Of a stretch of DNA of 64,000 bases, positions 21,612 to 34,286 are shown piece after piece. The notes under the pieces are model-generated. The model did not search any database, had not been told where the DNA came from, and saw only the letters and a program-made list of their open reading frames with translations. The stretch is from assembly GCA_043228905.1 (NCBI GenBank), contig JBHGNT010000005.1:18352001-18416000 (forward strand), read 5' to 3'. Position numbers and translations under genes: made by a program. This DNA comes from Azolla caroliniana. Taxonomy: Eukaryota > Plantae > Polypodiophyta. The first letter of the stretch is position 1. Every line of letters starts with the position of its first letter.

Positions 21612-24600
21612 AAATGTACGATAGAGGCGAAACCGAAGAAACCTTGTACCATAAGTAGGAAGTTTTGTTTCTCCGACAACGGAGGGTGTACGATAGTTGG
21701 CGACGTTGGCCGAGAAAAGACAAGGGCGGAAGAGCGACTTCGGGCGTGCGGAGTTCTCGGGCCCAGCGAGGAAATCAACGAAGCCGTGGAGGCAGTCTCC
21801 TTCGACGATACCTTGGCAATACTGCGAGAGGTGGTCGGAGAGGGCCTTAAAGAGGACCGGACGATACCGGTTTGTTCGGAAGAGATGTACGAAGTCATCT
21901 CGGACTTCAGTCGGGGGCTCGAGTCGGATCGGACGGCCCGGGTTAACACGAAGTACAAGACTATGGACCGGAAGGTAAGGCCAGTCGCGACACCCTTACC
22001 GGAGGGCAGCGAGTTGCGAATCAAGGGGGTCGAGTCGGAGCCCAGTTTACGAGATCCGGCCTGCATAGGACACACCTTCACCGACAGAACGCTACGGGAG
22101 CTCAAAATCGGTGGGGGCGGGTTCCTACTGCCGGCGGAAGAAGACCGTTTTCGGAGAATGCTCGGAAGGCACGGGAAAGCCTTCGCATTCTCACCGGAAG
22201 AGATCGGGTGCGTAGACTCGACAGTCATGAAGCCGATGGTGATATTCACGGTACCGCATGTGCCGTGGAATCTCAAACCAATTCCGGTACCGAGAGCTCA
22301 CATCCCGGAGCTGATGGAGCTGTTGAGGCAGAAAGTCGATATGGGCATCCTCGAACCGTCGAGTGCCCCGTACTTGAACCGGTGGTTTACCGTACGGGAC
22401 GTTGCGCTTCATTCAAGACCTGCAGCCGGTCAACAGAGTGACCATTCAGAACGCAGGAATCGGACCAACGATAGACGAGTTCGCGGAGGCCTTCGCTGGA
22501 AGGTCGATCTATTCGGTCGGTGATCTGTACTCGGGGTACGATCAGTTCCAACTAGTCGTGGAGAGCAGAGACATTACGACGATGCGGACTCCTCTCGGCC
22601 TAGTGCGGATGTGTACCCAACCACAAGGAGGGACGAACTCGGTGGCCCACATGGTGAATGCGATGAACAAGGTGCTGAGGGATTGTATCCCAGACATCAC
22701 CATGCCATTCTTGGACGACATCCCGATCAAGGGATGTCCGGTGGAGGAAAAGGACGAAACGATCGGACCGGATGGATGCCGGAAATTCGTGGCGACACAC
22801 ATTGACGACTGCGAGAGGGTGCTGCAGAGGCTAGAGGACGCGAGGCTCACCTTCTCCGGGGAGAAATCGGCCTTCGGGCAATCAGAGATCATGGTCGTCG
22901 GACATCTATGCGGACCGTATGGCCGGAAACCGTCTCCGGCTAAGGTGGAAGCCATCTCCGCAATGAAGCCCGACTATAACTCGGTCACGGAGGTACGGAG
23001 GTTCTTGGGAGCATGCGTGTTCTACCACATATGGATCCCGCATTACGCCCACGTTGCCGAGCCGCTATACGGGTTGCTGAAAAAGGGGCGAAAATTCGAG
23101 TGGCGAGACGAGCATACAGAGTCGGTCCGAAAGATGAAGGAGGCTCTTGCTGCAGCTCCGGCACTCCGGAAGGCTATCTACGAGAAAGGCACTCCCATCT
23201 ACATAATGGTAGATACAAGTCCGACCGGGATCGGATGGGTCGTCAACCAAGAAGATAAGGACGACATTCGGTTCCCAATCCGGTTCGGCGCGAAGGTCCT
23301 CAGCGAGCGACAGCAAAGATACGCCCAGGTTAAATGTGAACTCTAGGGTATTGTTTTGGCGGTGAAGGCCGATAAAGACTATCTGATCGGGACAGAGGTG
23401 ATTATCGAGACGGACTGCCTGCCGATTCTCGGCATGGTTTCCGGATGCGCAACCCCAGACCTGGCAATGCTCGGGTGGATAGCGTACATCAAGTCCCTGG
23501 ATCCGGAAATACGACACATTTTCGGGAGAGACAATGCCATGGCCGACATGCTTTCGAGGGCGTGATTCGACGACGACGGCGGCATGGTTTCGGAGGACGA
23601 GGAAGTCGGCGTGGACTTCTTCGAGGTGGCTTACATAACAACCGAGGGAGGGAGCACTCTGGCGCTTAACGATTTCAACGAGAGCAAGTACGACGGAGAG
23701 TGGCTGTAGATTGGGGGATTCTTGAGGACGATGACGTCGGACGCGTCATGGACAAAGAATGAGGCCAACCGGATCCGGAGGAAACCATATCGATTCTTTC
23801 TCCGGGACGGATACTTGTGGAAGCACCCGAAGAAGAGAAACGGCATCCCGCTCCGAGTAGTGGCAATGGAGGAGGAACAGGAGGAGTTGGTGAAGGCCTA
23901 CCACGACATCCCCTGGGCTGGACACCGTGGGACATGGGCCACGTTCGAGAAGCTAAAGGGGAAGTACTGGTGGTCGGGACTGTACCGGGACGTGCATCGG
24001 TTCGTGAAAACTTGTGAGAGCTGTCAGATACACTCCATAGTCCGACATCGGGACGAGCTTCACCCTACATACCCTCCGGCCATCCACTTCAATGGATGGT
24101 AGATTTGGTGACGATGCCGATGGGCGTAGGGCAGATGCGATATCTGGTGTTGGCCCAGGAGGACCTGACGAACCAGGTGGAAGGCCGAGCCCTGCAGAAC
24201 AAAATGACCGCGGTCGTGTGTCAGTTCCTGATCGAGGACGTGATATGCCGGTACGGGTGCGTCGGGAAGATCATGGCTGACCGCGGGGAGTTGGACGCCG
24301 AAGAGGCCGAGGAGCTGTTCGACCGGTTAGGGGTCAAGCTCTCGCTCACCACAGCGTACAATCCGGAGGCGAACGAGAAGGTGGAGCGCGGACACGGACC
24401 GATCGTCAAAGCGCTAGTCCGGGCGTGCGGAGGCCAGGTCGGGAACTGGCCACGACTGTTACCTTATGCCTTGTGGGCGGACCAGACAACGCATAGTTCA
24501 GTAACCGGGTTCATGCTGTCAGAGCTCATGTTCGGACAGAAGCCGATCATGCCGATGGAACGGACGATCTCCTCTTGGGCGACAGTGGTATGGAGAGACG

Positions 24601-25121
24601 AGATGAGCCGGGAAGAACTGCTAACGGCGCGTATACGGCAGCTCGAGCGGAGGCCAGAGGACGTGGAACGAGCGGCGGAGAGACTTCAGACGGCGAGGAT
24701 GAGGAACAAAGCTCGATTCGACCGAACGCACCGGCTCCGACCAAAGAAAATCGAGGAAGGCGACTGGGTACTAGTCTACGACAGCAGCCTTGACAACCAG
24801 CACCGGGCAACACGGAAGTTTGCAAAGCGGTGGTTCGGGCCTTACGTGGTAACGAGCGCCAACGACAACGGGACGTATCACCTGGCGGAACTCGACAGTA
24901 CGAGGATGGCGATACCGGTAGCAGGGAAGCGGATCAAAGCGTTCAAGAAGCGCCACGACGGCGAACCAGATCTAAGAGGCCTGGACAGCGACGACGAACA
25001 GTCCGAAATGAAGGACGAACCGATGGGCGAGGAACCAGAACCCGGACCGGTTTTCTCCAACCAGAACCCAATTTTGGCGCATACCGGTCGATGCGTGGTT
25101 AGGTGGGGGCGGATGTCGTGA
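21546..25121 (+). pseudogene. Gypsy B pol (RT-RNaseH-INT), disrupted
   Basis: GDLYSGYDQ, FLDD, VDTSPTG, ETDCLP, HHCC (GHRG..CESCQ), ADRGE, KVERGH, GPY module. Stops and frameshifts near 22395, 23344, 23563, 23707 and 24095. Confidence 0.92.
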
Positions 25122-25767
25122 AGAAAACCGTCCCTTAGCGTAATTGGTGCATAGCGCGCGTGAACCGGCTCTTCACGCGTGCGCACCCTTTAATGTATAT
25201 AGTAGAGAATTGGGTACAAAGGTATATCCTAGGTAGTTAGATTCGGTAGGTAGGAAGTTAATGAAGGAAACGGCTCCCCTCTTGAAGCTATAAAAGAGAG
25301 GGAGACGCGGGGAGACAGGGCATTAAATTTTATTGAGGAGGACGAAGTGCTGGCGGACCGAAACCGAACGCTTCTCCTCTGTTCGTTCTCCATCGCTCTT
25401 CTCTGCAGGTTTTCGGGAGGCTCGCGTTGCTTCGAGGAACGCCCGTGTGCTTCCGGCAGCACCTCCATCCTATCCCCTTTCGTGCGTAGACGAGCAAGCA
25501 TCAGCATCGGTTCGCTGGCCTGTTCGGTTGTAACCGCTCGCGTGCTCTGTTGTTTATTTGTCATTCATTAATATACAAACATTCGTGTCTCTCTGTCTCT
25601 GTGTCCATTCGTGTCTTCTGCGTTGACAGGGCCGTGTCCCTAAGTTTCTTTGCTCATACGTAACCGAGCGTCTCTCTCTTTCTCTTTCCCCTTCTATCAC
25701 CTGCTCTTTGGTTCAAGACCCTGGTGGTCCCGCCTCGTTCTCCACGCACGCGTGTAATAACGCGACA
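25114..25767 (+). repeat. Gypsy B 3' LTR (654 bp)
   Basis: TGTCGTG...CGCGACA, preceded by purine-rich AGGTGGGGGCGGA. Confidence 0.93.
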
Positions 25768-28300
25768 GCGTAAGTTGAGACGTCGTTTTTGACGAGTCGG
25801 CATCCTGGTACGCACCAGAGACAACTTCGACTCTGATTCCGCTCGACCCGGAATCCGCCGAACAAGAGATAGAGGATGAAGATCGCTTTACACGCATGTT
25901 CGAAGAAAGTCTGATCACGACCCGACTGAGCGGACCACAAGAGTCTCCGAGCGATCAAAGCACATCTCGACCAAGTCCGAAGCTAGACAAAGGGAAGGTC
26001 AAAATGCCGGAGTATGAAGACGATCATTTCGACGGCATCGAATTGACTCACTCTCTTGATAGTGAGTTCGAAGGCCTTGACATCTGGACAAATGGAGTGA
26101 AGAAAGCCTTAGAATCCGCAAATGAGAAGCTCCGTTGATCCACCCGTGAAAAGAACCCCGTAAGCCAATTCGGCTATGATGAGTACATGGTGTACCATTA
26201 CGCATTTATGATGAAGGTGGCAACAGTACGGGGGCCGGAAACCTTTTCCGAACCCGCGAAGGACCCACGATGGATAGAAGCAATGAACGAGGAGATGCGT
26301 CCATTACGCAAGAACGAGACATGGGATCTCGTTCCCCACTCACCGCACAAGAAGGCAATTGGTTGCAGATGGATCTACAAGGTGAAGTATAATGCCAACA
26401 GCTCCGGCAACCACTACAAAGCTCGACTCGTAGTGAAAGGATACGCACAAACACATGGAGTCAACTATGAAGAGACCTTTGCCCCGGTGGCAAAGATGAC
26501 GACGGTGCGAACCATGACTGCACTCGCACTTGGACGTCAAGAACACCTTTCTTCAAGGCGAATTAGACGAGGACGTGTACATGGTACAACCACCCAGCCT
26601 CGAATCGTGCATTCATCCAAAAGCCATATGCCAACTCAAGAAGCCTCTCTACGGCCTCAAGCAAGCACCACGTGCTTGGCATTCGAAGATTACGCATTAT
26701 CTTCATCAAATCGGCTTTTGAATGTCAAAATCCGACAACTCCTTCTACGTACGACACGACTCTAGAAGCCTAATTGTCATCATCCTATACGTGGATGATC
26801 TGGTAATTGGAGGTGAAAGTCTAGTCGACATCAACAAGGTCAAATCCCTCCTCTCCGGAAAATTCGAGATGACGGACATGAAGGAGCTCCATTACTTCCT
26901 TGGCATCGATGTAATTCGGATTCCGGCTGGCATTATGATCTCTCAACGACACTACATTCTCAACTTGTTATACAAGTTCTGGATGACTGAGTGCAAATCA
27001 GTCGCTACGCCTCTCGATCGAAACCTCAAACTAGATGCTGACTCTGGCACAGACGAGTGCGAGCTGACCCAATATCGTCAACTGATCGGGAGTCTCATCT
27101 ATCTCACGATCACCGAACCCGACCTTAGCTATCCAGTCGGACTCCTCAACCAATTCATGCAAAAACCATGCGACATTCACTTGGATTGCGCTAAGCAAGT
27201 ATTACGATATGTGAGCGGCACAATGGATTACGACGTTCTCTACGCATCGACCACACCAATACGACTCGAAGGGTACACTGACGCGGACTAGGCAGGCTAC
27301 AAAGCTGATTGACAATCGACCTCTGGATTTGTCTTCTCGCTCGATAGCGGAGCAATATCTTGGAGTAGTAAGAAGCACCCTATCGTCGCACTTTCGAGCA
27401 CGGAGGCTGAATACAGGGGCGCAGCCGTAGCTGCATGTGAAGCCGTATGGCTCAAGAGGATTTTGAAGGATTTGGGTATCCCCATCAAGGATCCGACTCC
27501 CATTTACTGTGACAACTTGAGTAGTATATATCTGGCTCGGAACCCGGTGTTCCACACGCACACAAAGCACATCGAAGTGCACTATCACTTCATTTGAGAG
27601 CGTGTACAGGCCGGAGATGTCGACCTTCAACACATCAACACGAAGCCTTAGGAGCTGACAAGCTTCGGCAATTCATGTCAGACCTCGGATTGACGATCCC
27701 TGACTTGCCAAGCGGGGGAGTACAAGCGAGAATTGGATACCGTCCGAACCGGGTACGAGCTGAAGCGGACACCGGAGATCGTTTGAACCAGATACCAGCC
27801 AAAGAGGACATCAATCAAAAGGAACCGACCCGAGTTGAGCTTGAGGGGGCGTGTTGAGAATCAAGCTCAACATAGTGCAACGTGTGAACACACCTTTTGA
27901 GAATCCATGATTACTCAAAGGTCAAGAGTCACACCACTACTCTCTACACATTCACTATGTCTCATAGAATCATATTCTATGACACATAACTAGTGAGTTA
28001 CATATTCCCCATGACTATGGGTCTTCACATTCCCCAAGAGAGAGAGTGGTTGTTACAAGTTAATGAAGAGAGAGGGTGACTCTATATAAAGCACCCTCCT
28101 CATACTTCATACTAAGTCTGTTGTGACTGAGTTATTATGCTACATTTTGTAATTCTTATTCTACTTGTGAAATATACACCTTCTTGAGTATTATTTTTTC
28201 TATCTATCTAGTGTTCTCTCATCTCTCCTCTAATTCCTCTCACACATACACATAATACACATCTCTTCCGCTACACAAGAATCTTCATTGATTCTTTACA
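25768..28300 (+). mobile_element. Copia D 3' half (end of INT, RT, RNase H, PPT, 3' LTR), decayed
   Basis: Starts at S*DVVFDE. KARLVVKGY, YGLKQAPR, YVDD and GYTDAD motifs with stops. PPT TTGAGGGGGCG. LTR 27852-28300 (TGTTGAGAATC...GATTCTTTACA). Confidence 0.9.
27852..28300 (+). repeat. Copia D 3' LTR
   Basis: Follows the PPT. Imperfect 11-bp terminal inverted repeat and CTATATAAAG box. Partner LTR is not in the window. Confidence 0.78.
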
Positions 28301-28792
28301 ATAGGGAAGGATGCACCGGAGTCGATCAACCAAGTGCAGTCTTCACTTGCAAGATTTTCACTTGCATGGTCACAAATAAACAAGATCTCCTCTTCACTTC
28401 TGGCTATGGCTGATGTGACCTTCTCCTCAAAAACCTTTTTGGGTTCGGCATCCTTTGAAGCACCTTTATCCTGCTTGAGGTGTCGACGGTCCTTTTGGAA
28501 ATGTTCAGGCTTTCCACAATAAAAACACGTCAGCATTCCTCTGGACTTGGATCTGGCATAGGATTTGTTCCTTCTTTGTTGGTTCCTTCCTCTGTCCGAA
28601 TGTTGTGTCACATTCGCATCTGCCTGGGACAAGACACCCGTGTCCTTCCTTCTTGTCTCTTCGTTCAAGATGCTTGTCTTTACCACTTGCAAGGACAAGT
28701 TTTCTTCTTGACACGAGGTGCTGAGAGTCATCACCAGGTTCTCCCAATTGTCTGACAGGGTAGACAATAGTAGTAGGGCTTGCATAACATCC
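28301..28792 (-). pseudogene. Copia E1 gag/protease fragment
   Basis: CFYCGKPEHF and WLIDSGASFP. Near-duplicate of the E2 gag region. Confidence 0.85.
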
Positions 28793-28947
28793 AAGCAAAT
28801 TCACACTTGGCCTAATAGGTTGTCCCTATCCCAAGGATTAAAAGTAATCATTTCCTTCTTTACACTCTCGTTTAACCCTCACACTTTATCCACGTGTATA
28901 GAATACTACGGTAAAACTTACCACGGGATATGGTCATGGCCGTAACA
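28793..28947. repeat. Possible fragment of an unrelated LTR
   Basis: Non-coding insert ending GGCCGTAACA, resembling the Gypsy C LTR terminus GGCCGGTAACA. Confidence 0.35.
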
Positions 28948-29537
28948 CTTATGCCATATCTTTCCATTCGAGTCGGTTGCTACGTTTGATTCCGACTTGC
29001 AGAACTTTTCTTGCATAACATATAGAGTGCCCTATTTCTGTGCTCAGGCCACTATGAGGTTTCCTTGACTAAACTTCCACTTGCCATTTCAAAAACTACC
29101 ATTATAGCCTTCGTCATCCATCCATCCTATCAATATCATATTCAACTTGATATCAGACACGTGTTGGACATCCTTCAAGATCAGCCGAGAACCGGTCGAC
29201 GTTGTCAGACATACATTTCGAACACCGACTATCTTGCATTCCCCGTTATCTCCCATCTTCACATAGCCATGATCCCCGATTGTGTAAGTCGAGAAACACT
29301 CTCTCGAGGGAGTTATAGGGAAAGATGCACCGGAGTCAATCACCCAAGTGCACTCTTCACTTGCAAGATTTTCACTTGAATGGTCACAAATAAACAAGAT
29401 TTGCTCTTCACTTTTGGCTATGGCTGATGTGCCCTTCTCCTTAGAAACCTTTTCGGGTTTGGCATCACTCTTCACATTCATGGTCACAAATAAACAAGAT
29501 ATGCTCTTCACTTCTAGCTATGGCTAATGTGCCCTTC

Positions 29538-30198
29538 TGTTGCAAACGGTGCTCGGCCACAACCGAGGAATAGGATCAACTCACAGAAAATAGGAAATAC
29601 AAAGTACACGAAGACTTTAGAGAGAAGAGTACACAGGATATTTTACGTGGAAAACCCTAAATGGGAAAAACCACGGGAGTCCTCAAACTCCAACTATCAC
29701 TATGAACAGGGATGTACAATGGTGAAGCTTCAAGGCAACAACCTTGAGCTCACTGTCTTCGCCACAGGCGGCGGTAATACACAGAGGCAACGACCTCTTC
29801 GTCTCTCTCTCTCTCTCTCGCGGCTGCTCTCTTCACTCTCTCTAAGTGAAAACAGAAAAAAATAAGCAACAACACTAAACTGTTTGCCCTAAGTCATATT
29901 TATACACATATGACTTTTCGGGCTATTTACAAATATAGCCTCAAGGGCCCTTGGCAAACATATTCACAAATATGTCCCCGCATCCGGATCTCTCTCCGGG
30001 TACATTCATCATCCGGCTCCGTAGCCGGGGTCTTCATCATCCGGCTCCGTAGCCGGGGTCTTCATCATCCGGCTCCGTAGCCGGGGTCTTCATCCGGCTT
30101 CATGCCGGGTACTCTTCATCCTCCGGTTCCGTAACAGCCTCCGGGCTTGCCGTCATTCATCTCCGGACATCCCATCCGGAGGGACCGAAATCCCAACA
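29538..30198 (-). repeat. Copia F 3' LTR
   Basis: Three 28-bp U3 units at ~30005-30098. Confidence 0.96.
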
Positions 30199-30208
30199 AA
30201 CTCCCCCT

Positions 30209-33200
30209 TCACTTCGGCATGGGATGTCTCTCCAACCCGATCCTCTTCCGGCATGCTTCCAGCTTGTCGGGTGTGAGCACCTTGGTCAGCATATCCGACC
30301 CGTTCTCGTCCGTGTGGATCTTCGTCAGCACGAACTCCTTGTCTTCTATCCTTTCCCGGATCCAGTGATATCTACGCTGGATGTGTTTCGTCCGGGAATG
30401 GTAGGCCGCGTTCTTCGCAAGGTGGATGGCACTCTGACTATCGCAGTAGAGCCGGTACTCCTCCTGCCGGATACCGAGCTCTCTAATGAAGTCCTTCATC
30501 CATATTATTTCCTTACAGGCTTCAACAGCCGCCATGTACTCCGCCTCCGTGGTTGACAACGCAACCGTCTTCTGCAGCCTCGACTGCCACGAAACAGCTC
30601 CCCCTGCATACGTCATCACATACCCTGATGTGGACCGGCTGGTATCTGCATCAGCCGACATATCCGAATCGGTAAAGCCGTCGAGTTCGGGCTTACCGGA
30701 GCCGAATCGGAGGCACATGTTTGCCGTGCCCTTCAGGTATCGGAGTATCCACTTGACCGCGTTCCAGTGCTCTTTGCCGGGATTACTCATATACCGGCTC
30801 ACCACTCCAACTGCATATCCTATGTCCGGTCTTGTACACACCATTGCGTACATCAAGCTTCCGACGGCAGAGGCATATGGTACTTTCATCATGTCCTCCT
30901 TCTCAGCCTTTGTCTTGGGGCTTTGCTTGCTGGACAACTTGCAGTTTGCCGAGAGGGTTGACCCGACCGGTCTTGCTTCCGACATGTTGAACCGGTGAAG
31001 CACCTTTGTCACGTACTTCTCCTGTGACAGCCACAACTGCTTCTTCTTCCGGTCCCGGATGATGTGCATCCCTAGTATTTGCCTCGCCGGACCCAGGTCC
31101 TTCATTGAGAAGGTTCGGTGAAGAGCCTTCTTCAGCATCCGTATCTTGACCTGGTCCCGTCCGACGATCAACATGTCGTCCACGTACAGGAGGAGTATTA
31201 GAGAGTCTCCTCCTTCGAACTTCTTCACAAACACGCAGTGGTCGGACTGCGTTTTGAGGTACCCTTCCTCGGTCATGAAGGAGTCGAACTTCCGGTACCA
31301 TTGCCGGGGAGCCTGCTTCAGTCCGTAAAGGCTCTTCTTCAACCGGCATACCAGGTGCTCCTTCCCTTTCTTCTCGAATCCTTCCGGTTGCTGCATGTAG
31401 ATCTCTTCCTCGAGGTCACCGTGAAGGAATGCCGTCTTCACGTCCATCTGTTCTACCTCGAGGTCCATGCTTGCCGCTATGCTCAGCACCGTCCGGATGG
31501 AGGTCATCTTCACTACCGGGGCAAATATCTCGTCGAAGTCGACGCCCTTCTTCTGCTGAAACCCCTTCACCACGATCCTGGCTTTGTATCTCGGGGGGTT
31601 TCCGGCATCTCCCGGTTTCAGCTTGAACACCCACTTGTTTCGAAGTGCCCGCTTTCCTTTTGGCAACTCCACAAGTTCATATGTGTGGTTCTCATGCAGG
31701 GAATCCATCTCGTCCTGCATGGCACTCAACCACCTGCGGCTCTGGGTGTCATGCTTTGCTTCTTCAAAGCTCTCCGGCTCCCCCTCGTCGGTTAGCAGCA
31801 CGTGCTCTGGTTCCGGAAATCTCCGAGGGGCCCTTCTCTCTCTTAGAGGATATCTCCGTTCCGGAGCTTCGGTAACCGGTTCTTCCGATTCTTCTCCATC
31901 CGAATCCATTTCGGGATCGGGGCCGGTTCCGGTATCTGTTTCATCTTCCTCGGCCGGTTCTGTTTCTTCACCGTCTTCGGCCGGATCCTCGAGTGCTAAC
32001 CGGTCCCTTGCCGGTCGGGACTGCTCCTCGTAGAGTTGATTCTCACCGGTCGACTTGGAGCTCTTCATCTTCTTCTCCGACTCCCAGTCGGCGAGTGTCT
32101 TGTCCTCCATGAAGATGATATCTCGACTCCTGAATATCTTCTTGTCGACCGGGTCCCATACTCGGTAGCCGAACTCGTCATCGCCGTAACCGAGGAATAT
32201 GCATGGCCGGGTCTTTGGATCTAGCTTTCCTCTCCGGTCCTTTGCCACATGCACGTATGCGAGACACCTGAACACCTTCAGATGCCGGTAGGATACTTCC
32301 CTACCGGTCCACACTCTCTGCGGCGTGTCTCCGTCCAAAGGTACTGAGGGTGATCTGTTTATCACGTATGTCGCCGTCGACATTGCCTCAGCCCAGAACC
32401 CCTTGGGTAATTTCGCATGCGCCAGCATACTCCGGACCCTCTCCATTATGGTCCGGTTCATCCTCTCGGCCAGCCCGTTCAGTTCCGGCGTCTTCGGCAC
32501 AGTAAACTCGAGCCGGATTCCCTTCGAGCGACAGTACTCCTGGAACTGCCCCCGGTATTCCCCTCCGTTATCCGCTCGTATCGCTTTCAGCTTCTTGCCG
32601 GATTCCCTTTCCACTCTCGCGTGGAGTTCTTTGAAGACAGACAATACTTGGTCCTTTGTCTTCAACGGTGCCGTCCACAGCTTCCGGCTATGGTCATCTA
32701 TGAATGTTACGAAGTACTGGGCTCCGCCATGTGACTTCGTTTCTACCTGACACACATCAGTGTGTACCAACTCCAATGGTACACTACGTCTCATCGGTGG
32801 TCTTGAGTGGAAGGAGGTTCGGTTCTGCTTACCGGCCAGGCAATCGGTGCACTTCTCCAGGTGCACATGCTTCACTGGAATAAGGTTGTCTTCTGCAAGC
32901 CTCTTCATCCCCTTCTCACTCATGTGGCACAGTCTCTTGTGCCACAGCTCACCGGCAGTGTCGGCTGCCACATTCAGCTCTTCCGGACATAACCGGGCAT
33001 TCATAAGGTACAATGTGTTGCCTTTCCGGACCCGAGCCACTATCAGGCTCCCTTTGCTGAACTTCATGACACCGTTCCGGATGCTACCCGTGTAGCCTTC
33101 ATCATCTAGCCTCCCGGCCGAAATCAGGTTCAGTCGAACCTCCGGAACGTGTCGGACATCCTTCAGCAGCATCTTACATCCTATGCCGGCAATCCGGCAT

Positions 33201-34255
33201 GTACCTTCATTTCCCATCCGGACACAGCCATGCTCACCGGCTGTGTAGGATGAGAAGTATTTCTTCTCCGGGGTCAGGTGGAACGACGCTCCGGAATCGA
33301 CCACCCAGGTCATCTCTTCACCGGCAAGGTTCAGCTCCCTCTCTTCGGTAATGAGCATTATCTCTTCTTCACTTGCCGCGAGTGTCGTCGTTCCTTTCCG
33401 GTCCTGCCCTCGCCGATCCAGACCTCTCCGGTCCGTGGCTCCCCGGTATGCACCGTTTCTCTCCGGTGACTTCTTCGAATCGGTGTCGTCGGCTCCGTTG
33501 TCTTTTCGGTAATGCCGGCAATTCTTCCAGAAGTGCCCCGGCTTCCCACAGTGGAAACATGTGGGTCTTCCTCTTGACTGCGACCGGGTCCCCGACTTCT
33601 CCCGTCTTTGCGGACTCCGGTTCCATTGTCTTCCCCGTTCCGATTCGGTAAGCAGCGCCTTCGAGTCGGAGGCCGGTTCTTTATCTCTCCGACGCGCTTC
33701 TTCGTTCAAAATACTTGTCTTTACCGTTTGTAGGGACAAGTTATCTTCGGTGCAGGAGGTGCTGAGAGTCACCACCAAGTTCTCCCAGCTGTCCGGCAAT
33801 GTACACATCAGGATGATGGCTTGCATTGCATCCTCCAACGGGAACTTGATCGCCGCAAGCTGGTTCACGAATCCCATGAACGTGCTTACGTGTTCCACCA
33901 TACTCTCGCCGTCCCGGTACTTGAGGTTCACTATCTTTCTCATCAGGGAGGTCCGGTTCAACGCATTCTTCCTCTCGTAGAGGCCCGACAGCTTCCTCCA
34001 CATCTCATATGCGTTGGTGTCGTTCGCCACGTGTTGTAGAACGCTCACGTCAACGTATTGCCGAATGGTTGCAACGGCTTTCCGGTTCAGAAGCCTCCAT
34101 TCCGTCTCAAGTACCCCCTTGGGTATTTCCGACCTGTCGATCGGTTCATACAGGTCCCGAACAATGAGCAGGTCCTCCATCTTTATCTTCCAGTCGGCGT
34201 AGTTCTGCGCATTCAGCACCATCATCCCCAGCTGCCCACTGCTGCCGCCTTCCAT
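30209..34255 (-). CDS. Copia F gag-pol polyprotein, open but with a 9-aa deletion in the protease
   Basis: CFHCGKPGHFWKNC, WVVDSGAS, ADNGGEY, YVDD, FTDSD. ATG at 34255; stop overlaps the PPT. Confidence 0.95.
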   Translation of the reverse strand: MEGGSSGQLGMMVLNAQNYADWKIKMEDLLIVRDLYEPIDRSEIPKGVLETEWRLLNRKAVATIRQYVDVSVLQHVANDTNAYEMWRKLSGLYERKNALNRTSLMRKIVNLKYRDGESMVEHVSTFMGFVNQLAAIKFPLEDAMQAIILMCTLPDSWENLVVTLSTSCTEDNLSLQTVKTSILNEEARRRDKEPASDSKALLTESERGRQWNRSPQRREKSGTRSQSRGRPTCFHCGKPGHFWKNCRHYRKDNGADDTDSKKSPERNGAYRGATDRRGLDRRGQDRKGTTTLAASEEEIMLITEERELNLAGEEMTWVVDSGASFHLTPEKKYFSSYTAGEHGCVRMGNEGTCRIAGIGCKMLLKDVRHVPEVRLNLISAGRLDDEGYTGSIRNGVMKFSKGSLIVARVRKGNTLYLMNARLCPEELNVAADTAGELWHKRLCHMSEKGMKRLAEDNLIPVKHVHLEKCTDCLAGKQNRTSFHSRPPMRRSVPLELVHTDVCQVETKSHGGAQYFVTFIDDHSRKLWTAPLKTKDQVLSVFKELHARVERESGKKLKAIRADNGGEYRGQFQEYCRSKGIRLEFTVPKTPELNGLAERMNRTIMERVRSMLAHAKLPKGFWAEAMSTATYVINRSPSVPLDGDTPQRVWTGREVSYRHLKVFRCLAYVHVAKDRRGKLDPKTRPCIFLGYGDDEFGYRVWDPVDKKIFRSRDIIFMEDKTLADWESEKKMKSSKSTGENQLYEEQSRPARDRLALEDPAEDGEETEPAEEDETDTGTGPDPEMDSDGEESEEPVTEAPERRYPLRERRAPRRFPEPEHVLLTDEGEPESFEEAKHDTQSRRWLSAMQDEMDSLHENHTYELVELPKGKRALRNKWVFKLKPGDAGNPPRYKARIVVKGFQQKKGVDFDEIFAPVVKMTSIRTVLSIAASMDLEVEQMDVKTAFLHGDLEEEIYMQQPEGFEKKGKEHLVCRLKKSLYGLKQAPRQWYRKFDSFMTEEGYLKTQSDHCVFVKKFEGGDSLILLLYVDDMLIVGRDQVKIRMLKKALHRTFSMKDLGPARQILGMHIIRDRKKKQLWLSQEKYVTKVLHRFNMSEARPVGSTLSANCKLSSKQSPKTKAEKEDMMKVPYASAVGSLMYAMVCTRPDIGYAVGVVSRYMSNPGKEHWNAVKWILRYLKGTANMCLRFGSGKPELDGFTDSDMSADADTSRSTSGYVMTYAGGAVSWQSRLQKTVALSTTEAEYMAAVEACKEIIWMKDFIRELGIRQEEYRLYCDSQSAIHLAKNAAYHSRTKHIQRRYHWIRERIEDKEFVLTKIHTDENGSDMLTKVLTPDKLEACRKRIGLERHPMPK

Positions 34256-34286
34256 TTTCTGTGTTAACCTCGCTCTGATACCACTT

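Larger units (their letters stand above)
9134..25767 (+). mobile_element. Ty3/Gypsy LTR retrotransposon B, decayed, hosts Gypsy C, inserted in Copia D
   Basis: 5'-truncated LTR 9134-9686, PBS 9691-9708, gag-PR / RT-RH-INT with stops and deletions, PPT 25101-25113, 3' LTR 25114-25767. LTRs differ by ~20 substitutions and one 3-bp indel by eye. Confidence 0.94.
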
